Source: Bacteroidales bacterium (lineage in GTDB: Bacteria; Bacteroidota; Bacteroidia; Bacteroidales; F082). From it: a stretch of 61,061 nt of DNA. Below, piece after piece: positions 50,803-60,093 of the stretch (positions are counted from its first letter, which is position 1; every line of letters begins with the position of its first letter). Under the pieces are notes generated by a model, which saw only the letters and a list, made by a program, of their open reading frames with translations, was not told where the DNA came from and did no database searches. The stretch spans positions 1 to 61,061 of the forward strand of contig JAFYUH010000137.1 of NCBI GenBank assembly GCA_017549605.1, written 5' to 3'. Both the position numbers and the translations under genes were made by a program.

Positions 50803-53004
50803 ATGAAAAAAACTTTCTTATTAGTAGCCCTCGTTATTTTCTCATTAGTGGGCAAAGTACACGCTGACGAAGGTATGTGGCTTCCTATGTTCGTTGAGCG
50901 TTTGAATTATGTTGACATGGAAAAGATGGGTCTTCAACTTACTCCTGAAGAACTCTATAGCATCAACAACAGCAGCTTGAAAGACGCTATCGTTGGCTTG
51001 TCAAACGGCGACAGACCACGTGGTTTCTTCTGCACAGGCGAAATCGTTTCTCAAAACAGCCTTATGTTCACTAACCACCACTGCGGTTACGGTTCAATCC
51101 AAAAACTCAGCACTGTTGAACATGACTATTTAACAGACGGTTTCTGGGCAAAAGACTTCAGCGAAGAACTTCCAGCTGAAGGTATCTCAGCTTCTTTCTT
51201 GGTACGTATGGAAGACGTTACAGAACAAGTTTTCAGTGTTTTGAACGACACAATGACATGGGCAGAACGTAATGCTGCTATCGCTGCTAAATCTGCAGAA
51301 CTCGAAGCTGCTGCTTCAGAAGATGGCAAATACAACCCAATCATCAAAGGTTTCTTCGAAGGTAACGAATACTATATGTTCGTATATCAAGTATATACAG
51401 ACGTTCGTCTCGTAGGTACTCCTCCTTCATCAATCGGTAAGTTCGGTGGTGACACTGACAACTGGATGTGGCCTCGTCACACTGGCGACTTCTCAATCTT
51501 CCGCGTTTACGCTGACGCTGAAGGCAATCCGGCTGCTTACTCACCAGAAAACAAACCTCTCACTCCAAAACATCATCTTCCAGTTAGCTTAGACGGCGTT
51601 CAACAAGATGACTTCACAATGATCTGGGGTTTCCCTGGTACAACAAATCGTTACCTTACATCATACGGCGTTGACTATAACGTAGAAACATTCTACCCAA
51701 TCATCCACGATATCTTCAAACTCCAAACAGACATCATGGACGAATTCATGCAAAAAGACGCTTCTGTCAACATTATGTACGCTGACGACAAAGCTGGTCT
51801 TGCTAACACATGGAAAAACTTCGAAGGTCAAATGTTGATGCTTCGTAAGAATAAAGTCGCTGAAAGAAAAGCTGAACTCGAAGCTCAATTCACAGAATGG
51901 GTTAACGCTGATCCAGCTCGCGTTGAAGAATACGGCAACGTATTGAACACATTAGCTGAAAACTACAACACTCTTTCAGAGTTAAGCGCATCAGTTTATT
52001 TCCCTAACTTCGTTTCACAAACAGGCGCTATCGCTATCTCAGCAGAATTCGCTCAATATGTAGCTGCTGCTCAAAGCAAAGATAAAGAAGCTGTCGCTGC
52101 TGCAGAAGAAGCTCTTAAAGCTATCGACGTTGATGCATTCTTCGCTGAAACATACAAACCATTAGAAGACAAAATGTTGGTTGAAATGTTGAAATTATAT
52201 TACAACACATTCAACGCTGAAGTAAATCCTGACTTCTACAACTTGGTTGAAAAACAATATAAAGGTGATGTTGTTGCTTTAGCTAACGCTATCTTGGAAA
52301 AATCTATCTTCGCAACAGCAGAATCAATCAATGCTTTCATCGCAAAACCTAATGCTAAGAAAGTTGAAAAAGATGCAGCTTACGTTGTATTCAACGCAAT
52401 GGTAAATCACATGGTAAGCGGTCTCGCTCCATTCCGCGCAGCAAACCAAGTTATTGCTGAAAACAACCACATGTTCGTTAAAGGCTTACGCGAATTCTAT
52501 GCTGAAACACAACCAGAAAAATCTTTATATCCAGACGCTAACTCATCATTACGTATGACTTACGGTTCTGTTAAAGATTACCAACCAGCTGACGCTGTTT
52601 CTTACGACTACATCTGTACAGCTAACGGTATCCTTGAAAAATATGTTCCTGGAGACTATGAATTCGACGTTCCACAAAGACTCCTCGACCTCATCGAAGC
52701 TAAAGACTTCGGTCAATATGCTAACGAAGACGGTGAATTGATCGTTTGCTTCCTTTCAACAAACGACATCACTGGCGGTAACTCAGGTAGTCCAATCATG
52801 AACAGCAGAGGCGAACTCATCGGTCTTGCATTCGACGGCAACTGGGAAGCTATGAGCGGCGACATCAACTTCGAACCAAGATTACAACGCACAATCAACG
52901 TTGACGCTCGTTACGTATTGTTCGTAATCGACAAGTTCGCTGGCGCAACAAACCTCATCGAAGAGTTGACAATCGTTAAAAGCGAACCAACAGTTGAAGA
53001 ATAA
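50803..53004 (+). CDS. S46 family dipeptidyl-peptidase (DPP7/DPP11-like)
   Basis: 733 aa. The mature N-terminus 'DEGMWLP' follows the signal peptide. It also has 'TNHHCGY' (catalytic His), 'GGNSGSP' (catalytic Ser) and a helical insert. Confidence 0.88.
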   Translation: MKKTFLLVALVIFSLVGKVHADEGMWLPMFVERLNYVDMEKMGLQLTPEELYSINNSSLKDAIVGLSNGDRPRGFFCTGEIVSQNSLMFTNHHCGYGSIQKLSTVEHDYLTDGFWAKDFSEELPAEGISASFLVRMEDVTEQVFSVLNDTMTWAERNAAIAAKSAELEAAASEDGKYNPIIKGFFEGNEYYMFVYQVYTDVRLVGTPPSSIGKFGGDTDNWMWPRHTGDFSIFRVYADAEGNPAAYSPENKPLTPKHHLPVSLDGVQQDDFTMIWGFPGTTNRYLTSYGVDYNVETFYPIIHDIFKLQTDIMDEFMQKDASVNIMYADDKAGLANTWKNFEGQMLMLRKNKVAERKAELEAQFTEWVNADPARVEEYGNVLNTLAENYNTLSELSASVYFPNFVSQTGAIAISAEFAQYVAAAQSKDKEAVAAAEEALKAIDVDAFFAETYKPLEDKMLVEMLKLYYNTFNAEVNPDFYNLVEKQYKGDVVALANAILEKSIFATAESINAFIAKPNAKKVEKDAAYVVFNAMVNHMVSGLAPFRAANQVIAENNHMFVKGLREFYAETQPEKSLYPDANSSLRMTYGSVKDYQPADAVSYDYICTANGILEKYVPGDYEFDVPQRLLDLIEAKDFGQYANEDGELIVCFLSTNDITGGNSGSPIMNSRGELIGLAFDGNWEAMSGDINFEPRLQRTINVDARYVLFVIDKFAGATNLIEELTIVKSEPTVEE

Positions 53005-53041
53005 TTGAAAATTGAAAACTGAAAGTTGAAAATTGAAAGTT
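53005..53041. repeat. TTGAAA[AG] heptamer run x5 after the S46 peptidase stop
   Basis: 'ttgaaaattgaaaactgaaagttgaaaattgaaagtt'. Confidence 0.8.
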
Positions 53042-53068
53042 AAGGACGCAGAATGCGTCCTTTTTTTT
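53042..53068 (+). terminator. Canonical rho-independent terminator after the S46 peptidase gene
   Basis: 'aaggacgca gaa tgcgtcctt' followed by a T-run. Confidence 0.8.
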
Positions 53069-53116
53069 ATTTCTCGCAGAGACGCAAAGGAACGCAAAGT
53101 TTATACAAACACCAAA

Positions 53117-53152
53117 AGACTGTTGTCCGTAGTCCGTTGACTGTTGTCTTTT
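53117..53152. repeat. GTTGTCC/GTTGAC word block downstream of the M1 peptidase gene
   Basis: 'agactgttgtccgtagtccgttgactgttgtctttt'. Confidence 0.65.
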
Positions 53153-53197
53153 CTTTTTGGGCGTTCCGGCTACGTCGTCGGGCTTTCCGCTCTATCT

Positions 53198-55486
53198 TTA
53201 ATTCTTTAAGAATTTCATTCTTTGGTTTGAGACATTAAGAAAATAAATTCCTGTAGTCAGGTCTTCAACGTCAATCGTGATTTCTTTTCCGTCGATATTC
53301 ATTTCCTTTACAACTTGACCCAATTGATTTACAATCGTAATCTTTCCCTTTATCTCATTGTTTAAATCAATATTGATATAATCTTTTGCAGGGTTAGGAT
53401 AAATTTCAATGCTTGTTTTGTCATTGATCTCATTTAATCCTACATACTTTTCATTCCATACTCCTAAGACATAATCTCCTGATTGTATGTTTTCTACTGT
53501 AAGAGTACCAGCGTTGTTGTTGCCTTTTATTGTGAAGTCAAGGCATTCCCATTGATGGTTTCCGTCCTTGCGATATAATATAACTAAGGAGTCGCCTTCA
53601 GATCTGAATAAGTCGGCGTCGTATGTCTCGTTTGTCTGATATTGGAATTCGCAGTTGATGACAGAGTTGCCTTTGTCGAGACGATGTATTGTCCAGTAGC
53701 GGTTAGGTGATATTTTGAATCCGTCAGTTAAAGATGCTGAACCCTCGGCTCCTACCCAGCGGTGTTCTACTCTTAATAATGTAGAGTCGCTGATTTCTTT
53801 GGCGACGAGTTTTATTCTTGCGTCTTTGAATTCCTTGTTACCTTTTTTATTTGCTACATAAGTATAGCTGTGACAAGCGTCTGCGAATTTGTTTTCGTAG
53901 TCGCAGAAGATGGCAACTGGTTCAAAGTCGAGGCATTTTGTTATGGTAGCGCTCGCGCCATCCCATTCGACCATCTCGCTATGCATGTTCCAGTCTTCGT
54001 CAACGAAAGTGATTTCGTATCTTACGCTGTTGCCAATATGTTCTGCTCCTCTATGTCTTTGATTCATCACAATTTCAACGTCATATTTGTCGCCATTGGC
54101 TTTTGTTGAGAATGACTTTACGCTGTAGACAGGACTTCCTGCTGCGAAGACCCAAGTGTCGAAGAAGTCGGTCATGTCGATATTGGTGAATTCGGAAATG
54201 GCGTCTCTTAAGTCTTCGGAAGAAGCAGCCTTGTAAGCGAATTTTTCAAGATATTGTTTCATGGCGTTTTCGAAAGTCTCTCTGCCAAGATAATTCATCA
54301 TAGTGTTGACAACGACAGCACCTTTGTCGTAGACTGTTGTTCCGTATGTGAGATCTAAAGGCATTTCGTTCAATGTGATCCAGCCTTCTTTCTGGTGACA
54401 TGACAAGATGATGCTGTTTGTGAGATCGTTCATATATTCTTTGAAAAGCTCTTCGCCGTAAAGTTCTGTGAGGTAGTAATAGTTGCAGAATGTAGCGAAT
54501 CCTTCGTTGAGCCACATGTCACCTGCTGTAGCGCAAGTCGTTTTATTTCCGAACCATGCGTGTGACATCTCGTGTGCTATGAGGCTTTCGTTTTGGAAGT
54601 TGGCGGTTCCGTTAATCAAAGAGCTGGCGAGAGCGATGTTGTCGACATGTTCCATACAGCCGAGGTTGGTGCTTACGTAACCAATTCTGTTCAAAGGATA
54701 AGGACCGAATTTATCTTCGTAGAAAGCAGCTATTTCCTTGATGTTAGCGAATGTTCCTTCTACTTTGCTGATCTGGTTGGGTTTTGCATATACTTGAATA
54801 GGAATCTCTTTCTCGATGCCTTGGTAAGTCTCTTCCCAAACTACGAAATCTCCGAATGCGAATGACATGAGATATGTTGCAATCTCTTGGCTTACGATCC
54901 AGTGGTCTGTCTTTGTGCTGTCGGCGTTAACCACAGATTCTGAAAGGATTCCGCCGCATGATGATGTCATTCCTTCAGGGATTGTGATGTATAAGTCGTA
55001 AGAAGCCTTGTCGGAGAAATTGTCTACGCAAGGGAACCAAGTCTTGCCGAGGTTGTGAGGCTGGCTGTCGAAACCTACACCTAAATTATATACATAGTCG
55101 TTGCTCCAGTGTATGCCGCCCCAGTTTTCGTTGAAGGTCTTGCCTTCGTAGTTTATGCATAGTGAAACTTTTGAATCTTTTGCTAGGGTAGAAGCGAGTT
55201 TTATTGTCAGTACGTCCTCGTTTTGTGAAAAATCTTTAACGTCAATTTCTTCGGAAACGACAGATGTCACGTTCAAGGAGCGGAGCTCCAATTCTATCGC
55301 ATCGGTTTCGTTGAGTGCGGTCAGTGTCACTGTCGTTGAAGCGACGAGAGATTTCTCTGCTATGTTAAACTCTTTAAGATGAATCTCATAATGGTTTACG
55401 TCAAAATCTTTTCCTATTTCATTTGATTTCGCTGCTGCTGAGAAAAACAAGCAAACGCTTAATAATAATGACAATACGTATTTCAT
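53198..55486 (-). CDS. M1 family aminopeptidase with T9SS sorting domain
   Basis: The ORF extends to 55531, but the signal peptide starts at the internal ATG at 55486 (MKYVLSLLLSVCLFFSAAA). It has 'HEMSHAWFGN' plus 'WLNEGFATF' (gluzincin motifs) and the C-terminal domain 'EIYPNPAKDYINID...GIYFLNVSN'. Confidence 0.85.
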   Translation of the reverse strand: MKYVLSLLLSVCLFFSAAAKSNEIGKDFDVNHYEIHLKEFNIAEKSLVASTTVTLTALNETDAIELELRSLNVTSVVSEEIDVKDFSQNEDVLTIKLASTLAKDSKVSLCINYEGKTFNENWGGIHWSNDYVYNLGVGFDSQPHNLGKTWFPCVDNFSDKASYDLYITIPEGMTSSCGGILSESVVNADSTKTDHWIVSQEIATYLMSFAFGDFVVWEETYQGIEKEIPIQVYAKPNQISKVEGTFANIKEIAAFYEDKFGPYPLNRIGYVSTNLGCMEHVDNIALASSLINGTANFQNESLIAHEMSHAWFGNKTTCATAGDMWLNEGFATFCNYYYLTELYGEELFKEYMNDLTNSIILSCHQKEGWITLNEMPLDLTYGTTVYDKGAVVVNTMMNYLGRETFENAMKQYLEKFAYKAASSEDLRDAISEFTNIDMTDFFDTWVFAAGSPVYSVKSFSTKANGDKYDVEIVMNQRHRGAEHIGNSVRYEITFVDEDWNMHSEMVEWDGASATITKCLDFEPVAIFCDYENKFADACHSYTYVANKKGNKEFKDARIKLVAKEISDSTLLRVEHRWVGAEGSASLTDGFKISPNRYWTIHRLDKGNSVINCEFQYQTNETYDADLFRSEGDSLVILYRKDGNHQWECLDFTIKGNNNAGTLTVENIQSGDYVLGVWNEKYVGLNEINDKTSIEIYPNPAKDYINIDLNNEIKGKITIVNQLGQVVKEMNIDGKEITIDVEDLTTGIYFLNVSNQRMKFLKN

Positions 55487-55570
55487 AGTTTGAATTTTTT
55501 TAAGCAAAATAATGGATTGGTAAAGATACACTTTTTTTAATTTTGCCGTTTAAGGTTTTAAAAAAAACAT

Positions 55571-55578
55571 TATTTTTG
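55571..55578 (+). promoter_or_regulatory. -7 box candidate for the mce-mmdA-BCCP operon
   Basis: 'TATTTTTG' lies 38 nt upstream of the mce ATG. Confidence 0.45.
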
Positions 55579-55616
55579 TATCCAAATTCGAATTTTTAAT
55601 TAAAAATAACGTTATT

Positions 55617-56033
55617 ATGAATCCAACTCATATTGAGCACATTGGAATAGCAGTTACAAGTTTAGAAGAATCTATTCCATTCTTTGAAACACTTCTCGGA
55701 ACAAAATGTTACAACATTGAAGAAGTAGTAGATCAAAAAGTCAAGACAGCATTTTTCAAGATAGGTCAAACCAAGATTGAATTATTGGAACCAACATCAC
55801 CAGAAAGCACAATCGCTTCATTCATTGAAAAGAACGGTGGCAAAGGTGGCATGCACCACATCGCTTTCGCAGTTGAAAACCTTGAAGGTCAATTAGCAGA
55901 CGCTGAAGCTGCTGGTATCCGTCTCATCGACAAGGCTCCACGTGGTGGCGCTGAAGGTTTAAGCATCGCTTTCTTACATCCAAAATCAACATGCGGTGTC
56001 TTGACAGAACTTTGCGAAGACAAGAATAAATAA
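55617..56033 (+). CDS. mce: Methylmalonyl-CoA epimerase (VOC/glyoxalase fold)
   Basis: 138 aa with 'IEHIGIAV', 'ELLEP' and 'GGMHHIAF' motifs. It sits directly upstream of the carboxyltransferase gene. Confidence 0.85.
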   Translation: MNPTHIEHIGIAVTSLEESIPFFETLLGTKCYNIEEVVDQKVKTAFFKIGQTKIELLEPTSPESTIASFIEKNGGKGGMHHIAFAVENLEGQLADAEAAGIRLIDKAPRGGAEGLSIAFLHPKSTCGVLTELCEDKNK

Positions 56034-56071
56034 TCAATTATAAATCAGAAAAACAATTAAATCCTAATATT

Positions 56072-57631
56072 ATGGTAATTGAACAAAAAATTCAAGAATT
56101 GTTAGACAAACGCGCAGAGGCTCGTCTTGGTGGCGGTCAAAAGCGTATTGATGCGCAACATGCCAAAGGAAAATACACAGCTCGTGAACGTATAAATATG
56201 TTGCTCGACGAAGGTAGCTTCGAAGAATTTGACATGTTCTTAACTCACCGCACTACAGACTTCGGTCTCGACAAACAACAATATCTTGGTGATGGCGTTG
56301 TAACAGGTTATGGTACAATTGAAGGCCGCGTAGTTTACGTTTACGCACAAGACTTCACAGTATTCGGAGGTTCATTGTCAGAAACAATGTCAAAGAAGAT
56401 CTGCAAAGTTATGGACCAAGCTATGAAAGTCGGTGCTCCTGTTATCGGTATCTGCGACTCAGGTGGTGCTCGTATCCAAGAAGGTTCAAGAAGTTTGGCA
56501 GGTTATGCTGAAATCTTCCAACGCAATATCGACGCTTCTGGCGTTATCCCACAAATCTCAGCTATCTTCGGTCCTTGCGCAGGTGGTGCAGTTTACTCAC
56601 CAGCTTTGACTGACTTCATCTTGATGACAGAACAAAACAGCTACATGTTCCTCACAGGTCCAAAAGTTGTTAAGACTGTTACAGGCGAAGACGTAAGCAC
56701 AGAAGACTTAGGTGGCGCTCTCGTTCACAACCAAAAATCAGGTGTTAGCCAATTCATGGCTCCAACAGAAGAAGAAGCTCTCCAATTGATCAGAGACCTC
56801 GTTTCTTACCTCCCACAAAACAATTTAGAAGAACCTCCATACAGACCAACAGACGACCCAATCGATCGTAAGGATGATTCATTGAATGCGATTATCCCTG
56901 ATAATCCAAACAAACCTTACGACATGCAACATATCATCCATTCTATCGTCGACGACAACAAGTTCTTAGAAGTACATAAAGACTTCGCAAGAAACTTAAT
57001 CGTTGGTTTCGCACACTTCGATGGAATGCCAGTTGGTATCGTCGCTAACAACCCAGCATATTTTGCAGGTGTTCTCGACATCAACGCATCACGTAAAGGC
57101 GCACGTTTCGTACGTTTCTGCGACGCTTTCAACATTCCTATCATCACATTAGTTGACGTTCCTGGTTTCTTGCCTGGTACAGTTCAAGAATACGGCGGTA
57201 TCATCGCTCACGGTGCTAAGATGTTGTTCGCTTACGGTGAAGCTACAGTTCCAAAGATCACTGTTACAGTACGTAAATCTTACGGTGGTTCACACTTGGT
57301 TATGGGTTGCAAGCAACTCAGAGCTGACATCAACTACGCATGGCCATCAGCAGAAATCGCTGTTATGGGTCCTTCAGGCGCTGTTGAAGTTCTCGACGGT
57401 AAAGAAATCGCAGCTATCAGCGATCCAGCAGAACGCGCAGAACTCGTCGCTAAGAAAGAACAAGACTACCGCGATAAATTCGCTAACCCATACGATGCTG
57501 CTAAATTCGGTTATATCGACGATGTTATCGAACCACGCAACACACGTTTCCGTATCATCAGAGCATTACATGCTTTAGAAACTAAGAAAGATACAAATCC
57601 TCCTAAGAAACATTGTAACATTCCACTTTAA
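56072..57631 (+). CDS. mmdA: Methylmalonyl-CoA carboxyltransferase (decarboxylase alpha subunit / propionyl-CoA carboxylase beta-type)
   Basis: 519 aa. The carboxyl_trans family pattern includes 'GGARIQEG', '[16 protein letters not shown]' and 'RKSYGGS'. Confidence 0.9.
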   Translation: MVIEQKIQELLDKRAEARLGGGQKRIDAQHAKGKYTARERINMLLDEGSFEEFDMFLTHRTTDFGLDKQQYLGDGVVTGYGTIEGRVVYVYAQDFTVFGGSLSETMSKKICKVMDQAMKVGAPVIGICDSGGARIQEGSRSLAGYAEIFQRNIDASGVIPQISAIFGPCAGGAVYSPALTDFILMTEQNSYMFLTGPKVVKTVTGEDVSTEDLGGALVHNQKSGVSQFMAPTEEEALQLIRDLVSYLPQNNLEEPPYRPTDDPIDRKDDSLNAIIPDNPNKPYDMQHIIHSIVDDNKFLEVHKDFARNLIVGFAHFDGMPVGIVANNPAYFAGVLDINASRKGARFVRFCDAFNIPIITLVDVPGFLPGTVQEYGGIIAHGAKMLFAYGEATVPKITVTVRKSYGGSHLVMGCKQLRADINYAWPSAEIAVMGPSGAVEVLDGKEIAAISDPAERAELVAKKEQDYRDKFANPYDAAKFGYIDDVIEPRNTRFRIIRALHALETKKDTNPPKKHCNIPL

Positions 57632-57711
57632 AAATTAGCTCGATGAATACTTTATGTTTCCTTTAAATAAGGTAGAGATAAAGTAGAGTCGAAGTGAATA
57701 AAGACATAGAT

Positions 57712-57894
57712 ATGAAAACTTCTAAAAATAATATTAGCGACGATATCGCTGTAGCAATAGGCTTGGCGTTGTCAATGTCGATGGAAGTTCATGATGAAGA
57801 ATCAGGCGTTCTCACTATCAAGAGAGTACAGCCTCGTTATACTTCTCCATGGAGTTCTAAAATTTTAGGAATAAATAACTTAAATAGATATTAA
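57712..57894 (+). CDS. Small conserved operon protein (possible OadG/delta-like subunit)
   Basis: 60 aa from the first ATG; the ORF-track start at 57694 is GTG. It lies between the carboxyltransferase and BCCP genes, 5 nt from the latter. The call rests on position only. Confidence 0.4.
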   Translation: MKTSKNNISDDIAVAIGLALSMSMEVHDEESGVLTIKRVQPRYTSPWSSKILGINNLNRY

Positions 57895-57899
57895 TAATT

Positions 57900-58325
57900 A
57901 TGAAAAAATTCAAGTTCACTATAAGTGGAAAACAATATGAAGTAGAAGTACAAAGCTTCGAAAACGACAAGGCTCAAGTTGTTGTCAATGGCACACAATA
58001 CGAGGTTGACGTAGAACGCGAAAAGGAAGAAGCAAAACCTGTCATCGCTCCACGTCCAAAGGCAGCTCCTGCTCCAGCAGCAGCTTCAGCTCCAGCAGCT
58101 GGCGACGCTAACGGCACTAAGGCAGTTGCTCCACTTCCAGGTACTATCATGCAAATCTTTGTCAACGTCGGTGATGAAGTAAAACGCGGCGACAAGATTT
58201 TGATGTACGAAGCAATGAAAATGGAAAACAACTTCCTCGCTGAAGTTGATGGCGTAATAAAAGACATTAAAGTTAAAGTTGGCGACAACGTTCTTCAAGG
58301 CGCAGTTTTAGCTATCATAGGCTGA
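57900..58325 (+). CDS. Biotin carboxyl carrier protein (decarboxylase gamma / 1.3S-type subunit)
   Basis: 141 aa with an Ala/Pro linker followed by a biotinyl domain carrying 'YEAMKMEN'. Confidence 0.88.
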   Translation: MKKFKFTISGKQYEVEVQSFENDKAQVVVNGTQYEVDVEREKEEAKPVIAPRPKAAPAPAAASAPAAGDANGTKAVAPLPGTIMQIFVNVGDEVKRGDKILMYEAMKMENNFLAEVDGVIKDIKVKVGDNVLQGAVLAIIG

Positions 58326-58347
58326 TAAGTCGACTTTTACGGTTTTA

Positions 58348-58400
58348 AAAACGCAACAAGAGACAGCATTATCATGATTCTTGTTGCGTTTCTCTTTCTT
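58348..58400 (+). terminator. Hairpin terminator after the BCCP gene
   Basis: 'aaacgcaacaaga ...16 nt... tcttgttgcgttt' followed by a T-rich tail. It separates the mmd operon from the transporter gene. Confidence 0.6.
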
Positions 58401-58414
58401 ATAATTTTTTGATC

Positions 58415-60034
58415 ATGAAACAGCCAAAAGTACCGCATACATTTGTAATAGTTTTCTTTATCATCGTCATCGCCGCTGTGATGACATGGTTCGTCAGACC
58501 AGGTTTCTATGTTAAAGAAAACCTCGTGGAGAATGGAATAGAAAAGACAGAGTTACATTTTTACTATCAGGATCAATTGCCTGAACAATACCAAGACCAA
58601 TATCATTCTGAACCTCAGACATGGCAGATATTCTCTGCTTTATTCAAAGGATTTGAAAAACAAAGCGCTATAATAGTTTTCATATTGATAATAGGCGGAG
58701 CCTTCTGGATTATGAATAAGAGCCACGCCATCGATATGGGAATATTCTCTTTTTTGAAGTTTACGAAACGCCTGGAAAATTATCGTTTCATAAGGTTTAT
58801 GGGCGTAGATAATATTATCATAGTCCTGATAATGCTGCTCTTCAGCTTGTTCGGCGCGGTATTCGGCATGAGCGAGGAGTGTATTGCATTTATCATCATC
58901 GTCATACCTTTGGCGATATCTATGGGCTACGACTCTATCGTCGGCGTCTGTATGGTCTATGTCGCAGCACACGTCGGATTCGCCGGCGCGATATTGAATC
59001 CATTTACCATAGGCATCGCTCAAGGAATTGCGGAAGTGCCTCTCTTCTCGGGAATAGGCTACAGAGTGTTCTGCTGGGTGATGATAAACATCGTGACTAT
59101 AACATTCGTCTTGCTTTATGCGAAGAAAGTGAAACGTAATCCGAAGTCATCGATAATGTATGACGAGGATTCTTACTGGAGAGCACATGTCGTTGACGGA
59201 CAGCAGGAATATGAAAGTGGAAAGACAAAACAGTCATGGTATGTCTATGGAATGTTGCTTGTTGCTATGGCGATATTCTCATTCTGTTATCCGAAGACAA
59301 CTTTGACAGTAGGCAATGCTTCATTCACAGCACCTTTCATCCCGATATTGACAGCCATATTCGCTATCGTCGGTCCGTTCTCATTGAGAAAAGTACATAA
59401 CTTCATACTTTTAATATTGCTTTATACTATAATCTATCTCATCGTTGGTGTCATGGGTTATGGCTGGTATGTAATGGAAATCGCTACATTGTTCTTGGTC
59501 ATGGGTATTGCTAGCGGCATGGCGATAGGCAAGACTGCCAATGAGATAGCGAAGCTTTTCATTGAAGGTATGGGCGATATTTTGTCGGCTGCTGTCGTTG
59601 TCGGTCTCGCAGGCGGCATCGTGATAGTATTGCAAGAAGGCGGCATCATCGACACAATCTTATACGGACTCTCAAAATCGATGACAGATTTAGGCAAGAT
59701 CGCTTCTGTGGAGATAATGTATGCGATTCAGACCATCGTCAATGTCGTTATTCCGTCAGGTTCGGCAAAGGCGGCAATCACAATGCCTATCATGGCGCCA
59801 TTTAGCGATTTGATCGGCGTGTGCCGTCAGTCTACAGTGATGGCGTTCCAGTTCGGCGACGGATTTACCAATATGATAACACCTACTTCAGGAGTTCTTA
59901 TCGCTGCTCTTGGCGTAGCGAGAATACCATATCAGAAATGGTTCAAGTGGGTGTGGAAATTCATATTGTTAATGATAATACTAGGAGGTTTGCTCTTGAT
60001 TCCGACAGTGACAATGAGCCTTGAGGGATTTTGA
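58415..60034 (+). CDS. YfcC / DcuC-type anaerobic carrier family membrane transporter
   Basis: About 539 aa from the ATG at 58415; the ORF-track start at 58409 is TTG. It has 10 or more TM helices and the YfcC-like N-terminus 'PHTFVIVFFIIVIAAVMTWFV'. Confidence 0.65.
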   Translation: MKQPKVPHTFVIVFFIIVIAAVMTWFVRPGFYVKENLVENGIEKTELHFYYQDQLPEQYQDQYHSEPQTWQIFSALFKGFEKQSAIIVFILIIGGAFWIMNKSHAIDMGIFSFLKFTKRLENYRFIRFMGVDNIIIVLIMLLFSLFGAVFGMSEECIAFIIIVIPLAISMGYDSIVGVCMVYVAAHVGFAGAILNPFTIGIAQGIAEVPLFSGIGYRVFCWVMINIVTITFVLLYAKKVKRNPKSSIMYDEDSYWRAHVVDGQQEYESGKTKQSWYVYGMLLVAMAIFSFCYPKTTLTVGNASFTAPFIPILTAIFAIVGPFSLRKVHNFILLILLYTIIYLIVGVMGYGWYVMEIATLFLVMGIASGMAIGKTANEIAKLFIEGMGDILSAAVVVGLAGGIVIVLQEGGIIDTILYGLSKSMTDLGKIASVEIMYAIQTIVNVVIPSGSAKAAITMPIMAPFSDLIGVCRQSTVMAFQFGDGFTNMITPTSGVLIAALGVARIPYQKWFKWVWKFILLMIILGGLLLIPTVTMSLEGF

Positions 60035-60051
60035 CTTATTGACTTTTTTTC

Positions 60052-60059
60052 TATCTTTG
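60052..60059 (+). promoter_or_regulatory. -7 box candidate for ahcY
   Basis: 'TATCTTTG' lies 34 nt upstream of the ATG. Confidence 0.5.
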
Positions 60060-60093
60060 CATTCTTAGAAAAATTAATATAAAACATCATATC

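Noticed and set aside
53053-53238. 61-aa ORF across the spacer between the S46 and M1 genes; likewise 41233..41433 and 18378..18569
   Set aside because: These ORFs run through terminator hairpins and word repeats and overlap neighbouring CDS ends. They have no start context or motifs.
55487-55531. 15-codon N-terminal extension of the M1 aminopeptidase ORF
   Set aside because: The extension 'MYLYQSIILLKKIQT' precedes a canonical signal peptide that begins at the internal Met (MKYVLSLLLSVCLFFSAAA). The shorter start is more plausible.
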